A DNA stretch of 37,138 nt, from positions 1 to 37,138 of the forward strand of contig JAFDTG010000002.1 in assembly GCA_019594235.1 (NCBI GenBank), given 5' to 3'. Below are positions 9,401 to 16,596 of the stretch, one piece after another. Source of the stretch: Candidatus Saliniplasma halalkaliphilum (lineage in GTDB: Archaea; Thermoplasmatota; Thermoplasmata; Halarchaeoplasmatales; Halarchaeoplasmataceae). The translations under genes and the position numbers were made by a program. Each line of letters starts with the position of its first letter. Positions within the stretch are counted from its first letter, which is position 1. The notes under the pieces are model-generated. The model was given only the letters and a program-made list of their open reading frames with translations, was not told the DNA's origin and did no database searches.

Positions 9401-10286
9401 TGTAGATAGTTTTAAATGAATCAAAATAGCCTTCGACTTTTTCCATGCTCACATTTTCTAAGATAACACCATCAGGTCCTTCTAAGGTCAGATTTGCCCA
9501 ACGTATATCGTAACCTCCGAAAGGATTGGTTATATTTGCGTAAATGGTGATGTTGGTGTCATCAGCTTCGGGTGGGAATAGGTTCGTTACTTCCCCTTCA
9601 TAATTCTTTGTATGGACATCTTCTACTTTTAAGTAATCCATACATGGAAAAGTTACGTTTGTATCTCTCATACCGTCATCAAGATATCCCCCGTAAGCGA
9701 CTTCGTATTCACGTGCAGCGTCACCCCACAGATCGAAAGTGATCTGCATAGTAGAACCTTCTGAAACCGTGTAATTATCGATCTCTATTGGGATATCGTG
9801 AATAGTCCATTCAGTTTGCACAGTTTCTGAATCAGTACCTTCTGAAACCAAGTACTCATTTCCATCTTCATCGACTTCATAGAGTTCATATGTCATATCT
9901 ACGTCTCCACCTTCAGGTGACCGAGCCCAAACTGATAAGGTCGATGTTCCATCGAGATGCAGATCTCCTGCGAGTTCCGGATAAAGGTACCAGTCTACTA
10001 GAACTCTAAAAGAACTCAATTCGGTTTTATTACCAGTACCTGTGGGATAAGTAGTATTGTACATCTCTTTAGTCGTTCTATCACCAACACTGACCGCATC
10101 CCGTACACGATACATGTAAAATGTTTTGTTTTTAAGTTCCTGTTCTTCAGCTGTCAATCCAGGAGTGTCCTCAGACTCTAATTCGTCATTCAACAGTGAT
10201 GACGATCGTCCAAAGGCAGCTACCAGAGCGCTGATCATCAAAATTCCAATCAGTATGATAACTATTTTTGTTTTCATAAATATCAT
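6429..10286 (-). CDS. Giant surface protein, paralogue of 2384-6427: signal peptide, related N-terminal domain, about 11 beta-sandwich repeats, C-terminal TM anchor with a short basic tail
   Basis: 1285 aa. It shares N-domain blocks with the paralogue: DWYLYPELAGDLHLDGTSTLSVW versus DWYLNPPFAGEFTLNGTSTINMW, and ITNPFGGYDIRWANLTLEGPDG versus ITNPFGGYDISRVNLTVEGPDG. It has the same repeat unit and the same juxtamembrane motif. Its stop lies 1 nt from the downstream ATG, so the two form an operon. Confidence 0.85.
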   Translation of the reverse strand: MIFMKTKIVIILIGILMISALVAAFGRSSSLLNDELESEDTPGLTAEEQELKNKTFYMYRVRDAVSVGDRTTKEMYNTTYPTGTGNKTELSSFRVLVDWYLYPELAGDLHLDGTSTLSVWARSPEGGDVDMTYELYEVDEDGNEYLVSEGTDSETVQTEWTIHDIPIEIDNYTVSEGSTMQITFDLWGDAAREYEVAYGGYLDDGMRDTNVTFPCMDYLKVEDVHTKNYEGEVTNLFPPEADDTNITIYANITNPFGGYDIRWANLTLEGPDGVILENVSMEKVEGYFDSFKTIYKMTWDHDGQPEGVYDVTVRTIDRNGKLAYNRTGEFQGHDEYGYHSFVIGGLDHYVNIQVSDDHGEILENTTINLKVSDEVVFNTTMTDNEGIANFTVANATYIITVIWQDVEVSTNRTLDVGEVGNRTRDDPFEVTAGIFYPGFIIKDMEGEVVDNANVYLTHPNGSTRVDPYVTDDDGYFSLDRTAEGRYELDIEWKGRDVGEFSIDVSTSDDFEVNVLVYHLQVQVQDRSGGSVSNALFVGSYDDTRIVSDSGLTDGEGVFTTRLPATGYFFEIYWNDAKVYEETYELSESSEIVLTADIFQVSVTVYDSLEDPLEGAEVTATYTETEREIDTDTTDSDGLVTFQLADGEHRFDVTWIGVNVASELRVVSETQTDFEIEASVYQLNIIALDSTVDEETLPDARISVRIDGNLVDTGNTDEDGVYISKLPATDVDIEVEWKGIQVRSIDGYPVEGNDDLQIKNCDVYYLDLTVIDSRDTPVQGVSIDVEYQDSLIESGTSDSDGGLRLRLPVESYTIKAEWYGVEVDSREYSMVHEQGENELTIDSDIYYLTMNVTDAEEEILPGTRAEIYLDDSLLFSEVTDHTGTLTIRLPSEEYDIYLEWRDFDVGQTDIQLEDDLELTISTSVYWVDVTPLDSRDETLTDAEVNFVHRGNLFETKRIPENGTVALRLPHEEFDISVEWDGIEVYNVTHAISESSEMNLDCDVYYLHLTGEDSRGENVEDLVVSVYHEGLPEGQDLLTTISIDDEPEIRLPYGVIRLEAEWRGFYIADQTVEVNDDTEFSIQCEIYYIDVEVVDSEGEYLDGADLIITDEDGVPFHTEVTDIGAATPKLPIGEWTLDAYWRGQKVGSVDTELTGDKEISLETMVHYLEVVIEGQDGPVIGSEVTLIDSEGTPIETLETDGNGTVEFKQIVYGDYTVSTRLRKTQHLTEIDLQETEDVSLDSSQQIQMTFEGYPRPIYKTNLFYIVMAIVGICVVGGIIIAKKKEVF

Positions 10287-10332
10287 CTCGTTTGATTGTG
10301 AAAATTCTTTTTGTAGTTATAAATCAGATTTG

Positions 10333-10370
10333 GTACAACTATCAAACAGTAGTACAACTATCGAACAATG
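10333..10370. promoter_or_regulatory. Tandem 19-nt direct repeat between two divergent TATA-like boxes; candidate transcription-factor site
   Basis: gtacaactatcaaacagta (10333-10351) is immediately followed by gtacaactatcgaacaatg (10352-10370), with 16/19 identical. It lies between gttataaa (about 10313-10320, minus-strand TTTATAAC facing the surface-protein operon) and atattttaaac (about 10378-10388, facing the FAD dehydrogenase gene). Confidence 0.45.
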
Positions 10371-10418
10371 AACTGGATAATATTTTAAACAGCACAAATT
10401 TTATTATGACATCCCTCC

Positions 10419-11777
10419 ATGTTTAATAAGGGAATGAAAATGTCTAACTCAGTTATAACAGTCGGTGCGGGACCTGCCGGGATGTTCGCAGCCTATGAAC
10501 TCTCTAAGAAAGACATCGATGTTCTTGTCATAGAGAAGGGTAAGGATGTCGATGATCGAACCGAATTCGAGATAATGTCCGGTGTAGGTGGTGCAGGTAC
10601 ATATTCAGATGGTACGGTGAATTTAAGACCGGACATCGGCGGTGATTTGAAAGAGTATACACATGATGAAGACAAAGCCTGGGAACTAGTAGAATATATC
10701 AGAAAGATACTGAAAAGACACGGTATGCCTGAGCCGAAAAGAGAGAACCTTGAAAAAGAGGAAGAACTCAAAAGACGGGCAGCTTCGTTGGGAGCTAGAT
10801 ACCTTCCTATAATCCAATCACACATAGGTTCGAATAAAGCTCCAGACGTGATCAAATCCTTCAAGAAAGAACTGGAAGATGATGGTGTAAAGTTCAAAGT
10901 TAATACTGAAGTAGAAGACCTTTTGATAGAGAACGATAGATGTATTGGGGTCAGATGTAAAAACGGTCAAGAATTCGAAGCAGATTTTACTATTTTAGCC
11001 CCGGGTCGTGTTGGAATAGATTGGGTCCAGAGATTGACCGAGGACTATAAATTGAAGGCAAGTTTCGCTCCTATCGATATCGGAGTCAGGGTGGAAGTCC
11101 CCAGTATCATAATGGATCCGGTGATAGATGTAAACCGAGATCCCAAGTTCCATCTTTACACTAAAAGTTATGACGATTTCGTAAGAACATTCTGTACAAA
11201 TCCTCAAGGTTTTGTAGTTAAAGAGGATTATGATGGTTTCATAGGCGTTAATGGCCATTCTAGAACTGATATCCAAACTGAAAATACAAATTTCGCTTTT
11301 TTGGTCAAATTAAAATTGACCGAACCACTAGAGGATACCACAAAATACGGACGGGCTATCGCACAATTAGCTACCACGATCGGAGGAGGTAAACCCATAG
11401 TTCAAAGGATAGGGGACCTCAGGGACGGTAGAAGATCTACTCATAGTCGATTGAGAAGAAATTCTATCCAAAGAACCTTAGATGACGTAACTCCCGGCGA
11501 CATCTCCATGGCACTCCCCCAGAGGGTTATGAACGATATCATAGAAGGGCTTGACATGCTTAATGAGATAATCCCTGGTGTCAATTCTAGTAATACCCTC
11601 CTTTACGCGCCCGAGATCAAGTTTTATGCAAAGAAGTTGAAGGTCGATGAGAATTTAGAAACATCTATATCTGGATTATTCGCCGCCGGGGATGGTGCCG
11701 GCTTGTCCCACGATATAGTTAACGCAGCATCGACTGGAGTCTTAGCAGGAAGGGGTATATCAAACAGATTGAAATGA
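10419..11777 (+). CDS. FAD-dependent dehydrogenase, COG2509-type (NAD(FAD)-utilizing dehydrogenase family)
   Basis: Rossmann motif VITVGAGPAGMFAAYELSKKDIDVLVIEKG followed by GVGGAGTYSDG, characteristic of COG2509 proteins. There is a C-terminal GDGAG motif. The start may instead be the ATG at 10434 (MKMSNS...). Confidence 0.75.
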   Translation: MFNKGMKMSNSVITVGAGPAGMFAAYELSKKDIDVLVIEKGKDVDDRTEFEIMSGVGGAGTYSDGTVNLRPDIGGDLKEYTHDEDKAWELVEYIRKILKRHGMPEPKRENLEKEEELKRRAASLGARYLPIIQSHIGSNKAPDVIKSFKKELEDDGVKFKVNTEVEDLLIENDRCIGVRCKNGQEFEADFTILAPGRVGIDWVQRLTEDYKLKASFAPIDIGVRVEVPSIIMDPVIDVNRDPKFHLYTKSYDDFVRTFCTNPQGFVVKEDYDGFIGVNGHSRTDIQTENTNFAFLVKLKLTEPLEDTTKYGRAIAQLATTIGGGKPIVQRIGDLRDGRRSTHSRLRRNSIQRTLDDVTPGDISMALPQRVMNDIIEGLDMLNEIIPGVNSSNTLLYAPEIKFYAKKLKVDENLETSISGLFAAGDGAGLSHDIVNAASTGVLAGRGISNRLK

Positions 11778-11781
11778 TAGA

Positions 11782-12627
11782 TCATGGCCCGGAGACCTTC
11801 ATACGTCTACCTGGAAGATCAGCCAAGTTCAAAGCATGTAGGCCGTTATTTTCATAGATCAAAAATTCTCCTTTGATCCCGACCATCTTTCCCCTGTGGA
11901 GTCCTGGGGTTGGTCTATATCTGGGAACTGCTCGCAAAGGTAGCGAGATGGGATAATCATTTAAAAAGATCAATTTACCCGTCGGGATCCTATTTTTCAC
12001 AGATCTATAACCTGTTCTGATACCTTCTTTGTCTATCTTTTTGGAAAGCGTCTTCAACTTTCTTTTTTTACTGCCCCTCTGGCTGATACCTAAAAATTCG
12101 CTTATACGATTTTCCTCCTGCCTTGCTTCTTTTCGATGCAGAAGAGTTGCCAATAAAGAATAGGCATCAGCCCCCTGTTCGATCAACCTTGTCTTTAACC
12201 TTGATTTCTTGGTCATCCCTATCTTTGGATGGTAACTGTGGAAAGCAAGATATACGGCGTGCTCTTCTTCACAAAAACCTCCTTCACATCGTTCACAATC
12301 TTTAGGTTCGAATATACATTCTAAATGGGGTATACTTTCAGGGGCACATCCTCTGCATTGAGAAAATGTGTTAACGGATCTTTGTTTAGGGCAGGGTGTG
12401 TATCCATCTTCGAAATTACCGATGCATATCTTTTCTTGGGAGACGTTAAAACCGATCTTACCCATGTCCAACTCGATAAGTTCACCATCGTCGAATACCC
12501 TAAGTTCAGGGGTGAATGAGTCCCATCTGTAAGAGACGACATGGACTTCTTTTTCGTTTATCAATTTCTCTCTATCTTTTAACAGGGTGTTAGCTTGTTT
12601 GAACACTGTTTCTAAAACACCGTCCAA
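11782..12627 (-). CDS. Cys-rich zinc-ribbon protein, DUF2797-like
   Basis: Central cysteine cluster CPKQ...CRGC...C..EPKDCERCEGGFC followed by HAVYLAFHSYHPKIGMTKKSRLKTRLIEQGAD. This matches my recollection of the DUF2797 layout. The start is uncertain: the track start is a TTG immediately after a TATA-like catatattt, and a GTG 21 nt downstream (12606) is an alternative. Confidence 0.5.
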   Translation of the reverse strand: MDGVLETVFKQANTLLKDREKLINEKEVHVVSYRWDSFTPELRVFDDGELIELDMGKIGFNVSQEKICIGNFEDGYTPCPKQRSVNTFSQCRGCAPESIPHLECIFEPKDCERCEGGFCEEEHAVYLAFHSYHPKIGMTKKSRLKTRLIEQGADAYSLLATLLHRKEARQEENRISEFLGISQRGSKKRKLKTLSKKIDKEGIRTGYRSVKNRIPTGKLIFLNDYPISLPLRAVPRYRPTPGLHRGKMVGIKGEFLIYENNGLHALNLADLPGRRMKVSGP

Positions 12628-12701
12628 AAATATATGGTTTTTGCACTTTAACTGCGATAAGGAATGAATGATTTAAATAACATTTCCCATTTTAGAAATT
12701 G

Positions 12702-13976
12702 ATGACTTACAAAACAATCCAAGACACGGTTCACGGCAGTGTAAAGTTATCCGGTCCCTTTCTCGAGCTTTTAGAAACTCCAGAAGTTCAGAGACTGCAT
12801 AGTATAGCCCAGCTTGGCTTAACTAAACTTGTTTTTCCAGGAGCGAATCATACTAGGTTGGAGCATTCTATCGGTGCATACCATGTGGCAGAAAGGATGA
12901 GTGAGAGTTTAGGTCTTGATGAAGAAGAAAAAAACATAGTCAAGGCAGCAGCTTTACTTCACGATGTTGGACATGCTCCCTTCAGTCATACTCTGGAATC
13001 GATACTCAGCAGAACCACTGACAGCGACCATATGGATATAACTAAAAAAATAATCCAGGGAGAAGTTTTTACCGAAGAAAGGGACGTTCCGACGATACCA
13101 GAGGTTTTGGATGATAATGATATTCCAACGGATAAAGTTGCCGAGCTGATCAAAGGGAGGGATAACAATTCGAAGATAACTGATTTTAACGTGCATCTGG
13201 GTCAGAAATATTTTGGCCAAGAGAAATACCTTTACCAGATGATACACGGACCAATGGATGTCGATCAGCTAGATTACCTTCTTAGAGATTCCCATTACAC
13301 AGGTGCAGCACATGGTGTTATCGATTTAGAAAGAGTGCTCCAGACCACTGAAATACACAACGGCAATCTTGTGATAACGAAAGGTGGTGTCCCTGCGGTA
13401 GAGGGGATGCTGGTGGCAAGAGGTTTGATGTTTTCTTCTGTCTACTTACACAAAACTGCAAGGATCGCCGAGTTGATGTTAGCAAAGGCTATCGATGGAC
13501 TTGATAGTGAACATGAAAAAATATATCGAATGACAGATTGGGAATTGATGTGCTTTTTGAGGGGAAAGGGACGTTTCCATGCTGAGATCATAGATAGATT
13601 AAAGTACAGAAGGCTTTACAAACGCTGCTATTCCTTAGATGCCGATGCCCGGGGAAGTTCAGATGATATTGAAATACCCGGAAGTATACCAGAGGTAAGA
13701 GACCTTGAGAAAACTATTGCACATAAAGCCCGAGTAGATGAAAACGAAGTCCTGATCGACGTTCCCAACAGAGAGTTAAAACTATCGGAACCTAGACTCA
13801 CCAAGACAGACATAAAAATATTGGATAATGGTAGACTCTTTAACCTCTCTAAATACAGTCCTTTAGCTTATGCGTTACAAAAGAGACCCAGTCAGCCTTG
13901 GATATTGATGGTTTCTAGTCCCTCTGAGTTGAAAAGTAAGGTAAAGAGGGCTTCAGAAAAGGAGATCATCAGTTGA
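12702..13976 (+). CDS. HD-domain metal-dependent phosphohydrolase, COG1078 / SAMHD1-like (d)NTP triphosphohydrolase family
   Basis: Motifs HSIGAYHV, LLHDVGHAPFSH and DQLDYLLRDSHYTG. 424 aa from the ATG at 12702; the track begins one codon earlier at a TTG. Confidence 0.85.
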   Translation: MTYKTIQDTVHGSVKLSGPFLELLETPEVQRLHSIAQLGLTKLVFPGANHTRLEHSIGAYHVAERMSESLGLDEEEKNIVKAAALLHDVGHAPFSHTLESILSRTTDSDHMDITKKIIQGEVFTEERDVPTIPEVLDDNDIPTDKVAELIKGRDNNSKITDFNVHLGQKYFGQEKYLYQMIHGPMDVDQLDYLLRDSHYTGAAHGVIDLERVLQTTEIHNGNLVITKGGVPAVEGMLVARGLMFSSVYLHKTARIAELMLAKAIDGLDSEHEKIYRMTDWELMCFLRGKGRFHAEIIDRLKYRRLYKRCYSLDADARGSSDDIEIPGSIPEVRDLEKTIAHKARVDENEVLIDVPNRELKLSEPRLTKTDIKILDNGRLFNLSKYSPLAYALQKRPSQPWILMVSSPSELKSKVKRASEKEIIS

Positions 13977-14040
13977 ATCTTTAAATACTATATTTAAGTC
14001 ATGGAAATCATTAAATAGAGGGTTGTAATTAAACACATAG

Positions 14041-14640
14041 ATGGTTCTTATGGCCGAAGAAGATTTTGAAGAAGAGGATGATTTTGAAGAGGATGATTTT
14101 GAAGAGGATGATTTTGAAGAGGCGGAATGCCCGACATGTGGTGCAGTAGTATCATCCGATGCCGTGGAATGCCCAGAATGTGGTCAGCTATTTGATGAAG
14201 AGGATGAATTATGGGATGAAGAGGAAGAGGAATTTGAAGAGCCCTGGGAGGAGGAGATTGAAGAAGAACCCGGAAAAGGAAAACTTTACCTCGGTATCTT
14301 TTTAGCACTCTTCGGAGGTGTAGGTCTAACGTTCATGTCATGGTTCCATAATGTCATCGGAATATTCCACGATGCAGGAATAGGTGGTTACGAAGGGTAT
14401 GGTTATATCGATCAATCTGTGGGTGTTAGTGGTACGATCGTTACAATAATCGGTATCGTTCTCATATATCTTTACTTTAAAGACCTTAGAGAAGCAGGAG
14501 AACCCTCAGAACCTATCGATGAAGAAGAGGAAGAGGAGTTCTTCGAAGATGCTGAACCAATCGATGCTGAAGTAATGGATGAAGAAGAAGACTCTATATT
14601 CGATGAAGATGAGGACTTCGACGAGGATGAAGATTGGTAA
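14041..14640 (+). CDS. Highly acidic zinc-ribbon membrane protein (2 TM) with D/E/F-rich N- and C-terminal tails
   Basis: CPTCGAVVSSDAVECPECG has CxxC-x11-CxxC spacing. Two hydrophobic helices are present (LYLGIFLALFGGVGLTFMSWF and VSGTIVTIIGIVLIYLYF). The N-terminus is (EEDDF)n and the C-terminus ends ...FDEDEDFDEDEDW. Confidence 0.65.
   Translation: MVLMAEEDFEEEDDFEEDDFEEDDFEEAECPTCGAVVSSDAVECPECGQLFDEEDELWDEEEEEFEEPWEEEIEEEPGKGKLYLGIFLALFGGVGLTFMSWFHNVIGIFHDAGIGGYEGYGYIDQSVGVSGTIVTIIGIVLIYLYFKDLREAGEPSEPIDEEEEEEFFEDAEPIDAEVMDEEEDSIFDEDEDFDEDEDW
14071..14122 (+). repeat. Perfect 15-nt tandem repeat (gaagaggatgatttt), 3.5 copies, in-frame, encoding (EEDDF)n
   Basis: Copies lie at 14071-14085, 14086-14100 and 14101-14115, with a partial copy at 14116-14122. 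A degenerate copy precedes them at 14056-14070. Confidence 0.95.
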
Positions 14641-14713
14641 AAACCCCTTTACTTTTTTAATTTCTTTAAAAGATAAGCGAAATATTTTAAAAGATGTACT
14701 CTCTAGGTAATAT

Positions 14714-16300
14714 ATGGATGGGATTTGTCTGACGGAAGTAGAAAACGAAATACAGGAGGACAAAAAGGCTCTAACCGAAGAAGAGATAAGGGAGATAGGA
14801 GATGTAGACACAGATGATATGATCTTATCTGAAGAGGAGAGTGAAGAGGAAGAATCATCTCAAAATAGTTTCGTAGGAGTTACTTTTGGTGATGTGGGTA
14901 CTACGACACTTCAATGTAATGTATGTAACCCAGTAGATAAAGGTGAATATATCGAATTAGAACATCCTACGGCGGATAGAGTCCTAGGTCAGATCGAAAA
15001 AGTTGAAAGAAAAACAGATCTTTCAGTCGATAAAGCTATAGAATTGAGTAATGGTGAAAGTATAGAGATCGATGAAACTATTATTGCAACCATCAACATA
15101 ATCGGTTATAGGGATGAAAGAGGTCTGTTAAAACTACCCGGGAATCCTTTCAGAGCCGGAGAAAAGATCTATCTTGCAAAAGAGGACCTTATAAGAGATG
15201 TCATCGGTCTTAAAAAGGATGAAAATGGAGCATTTATCGGTAAACTTAGAGGCCATGATATAGAAGTTAATCTCGATATAAATTCTATCGCTCAGAAACA
15301 TCTTTCGGTTTTGGCTAAAACAGGTAGTGGGAAAAGTTACACAACCGGCGTCATAATCGAAGAATTCATGAAACACGATGTAACCAATATCATATTAGAT
15401 CCCCATGGCGAGTATTCATCTTTAGCAAAGGCGGGTAAAGTTGACCCCTCTAACGATTTCGGAGTCGAATCCAATGGATATGGAGATAAGTTGACTGAAT
15501 TCACCCCTATGCCTGAGATAAATAAAGGTGCCAAACCCCTTAAATTCACATTCAGTAATATGGAACCTACCAAGATACTTGAAATGTCTGAGTTAGATAA
15601 AAGGAAATCCAACATCAAAAAATTAGAGGGCGTGATCTCACGATTAGAGGTTTCTAAAGGTAATTACAGTATAGATGATATGATCCGTTTGTTCAAGCAG
15701 AATGAAGAAGACGATGTCAGCACTATAATCAGGGGGTTGAAGACTTTAAAAGAAAAAAAAGTGTTCGCAAAGATGGGTACCAGGATGGACGATATAGTTC
15801 AAGAGGGAAAAACATCGATCATCAATTTAAAGGGTACCCCTCCCGACCTTCAAAATTTTGTAGTAAATAAGTTGGCAACCGCTCTTTTTGAGTTGAGGAA
15901 ACGTAACAAGATACCTCCTTTGATGTTGTTCGCCGAGGAGGCACATAACTTCTGCCCTCAGAGGGGGAAAACAGAGAGTTCCGAAACCTTCCATACTATA
16001 GCAAGCGAGGGAAGAAAATTCGGTTTGGGTCTTGCGATCATCACACAGAGACCTGCCAAAGTAGATAAAAACGTACTCAGCCAATGTAATACGCAGGTTA
16101 TTTTGAAAGTTACCAATCCTAACGACCTAAAAGCTATCGAATCATCGATCGAAGGTGTTACGAGACAGATGAAAGAGGAGATTCAGAGATTACCGATAGG
16201 TGAAGCTATCGTCACAGGTGGAGGATTATCCGAACCCCTATTCGTAGCAGTCCGTCCGAGAGAAACCCAAGATGGTGGTCAGTCTATACGTGTAGTGTAG
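14714..16300 (+). CDS. HerA-like ATPase (DUF87 / COG0433, FtsK-HerA superfamily) with an acidic N-terminal extension
   Basis: Walker A LAKTGSGKSYTTG followed by ILDPHGEYSSL. Walker B-like region PPLMLFAEEAHNF. C-terminal ITQRP...QCNTQVILKV. The N-terminal part resembles a HAS barrel (VGVTFGDV...GEYIELEH...VLGQIEKVER). A TATA-like atattttaaaag lies about 20-25 nt upstream of ATG 14714, consistent with a leaderless start. An internal ATG at 14819 is an alternative. Confidence 0.8.
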   Translation: MDGICLTEVENEIQEDKKALTEEEIREIGDVDTDDMILSEEESEEEESSQNSFVGVTFGDVGTTTLQCNVCNPVDKGEYIELEHPTADRVLGQIEKVERKTDLSVDKAIELSNGESIEIDETIIATINIIGYRDERGLLKLPGNPFRAGEKIYLAKEDLIRDVIGLKKDENGAFIGKLRGHDIEVNLDINSIAQKHLSVLAKTGSGKSYTTGVIIEEFMKHDVTNIILDPHGEYSSLAKAGKVDPSNDFGVESNGYGDKLTEFTPMPEINKGAKPLKFTFSNMEPTKILEMSELDKRKSNIKKLEGVISRLEVSKGNYSIDDMIRLFKQNEEDDVSTIIRGLKTLKEKKVFAKMGTRMDDIVQEGKTSIINLKGTPPDLQNFVVNKLATALFELRKRNKIPPLMLFAEEAHNFCPQRGKTESSETFHTIASEGRKFGLGLAIITQRPAKVDKNVLSQCNTQVILKVTNPNDLKAIESSIEGVTRQMKEEIQRLPIGEAIVTGGGLSEPLFVAVRPRETQDGGQSIRVV

Positions 16301-16308
16301 GGTGTTGA

Positions 16309-16596
16309 ATGATGGTCGATGAAGTTAGAGTGAGAGAATATCTGAAGAAGACTGAAACCGCGTTAGATAAAGTTGAGATCACAGTTCCCGACCGTTCACA
16401 TTATTCGAAAATTGCAGATGATTTTTTGAACATGGCTAGATCCTATTACGAGGATGCGGTCCATTTTTTTGAAAATGATGATTTAGATAATGCTTTCGCA
16501 TGCGTAAATTATGCCCACGGTTGGTTGGATGCAGGTGCTAGATTAGGATTGTTCGACACCGGCGGAGATAACGAACTGTTCACGCTGGCTGAATGA
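16309..16596 (+). CDS. Small archaeal protein, DUF357-like
   Basis: 95 aa. ...YYEDAVHFFENDDLDNAFACVNYAHGWLDAGARLGLFD matches my recollection of the conserved YA.GWLDAG core of the archaea-specific DUF357 family. Confidence 0.55.
   Translation: MMVDEVRVREYLKKTETALDKVEITVPDRSHYSKIADDFLNMARSYYEDAVHFFENDDLDNAFACVNYAHGWLDAGARLGLFDTGGDNELFTLAE

Noticed and set aside
10827-10835. ggttcgaat resembles a tRNA T-arm. I also scanned the intergenic regions for tRNA, rRNA, C/D-box sRNA and CRISPR repeats.
   Set aside because: The match lies inside the FAD dehydrogenase coding frame and has no acceptor or anticodon arm complementarity around it. No spaced direct repeats or box C/D pairs were found in any gap.
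14536-14556. EFFEDAE in the acidic tail of the Zn-ribbon protein resembles the eukaryotic FFAT motif (EFFDAxE).
   Set aside because: It is not an exact match. The tail is simply D/E/F-rich. No MSP/VAP-like partner is known in archaea. It is most likely a compositional coincidence.
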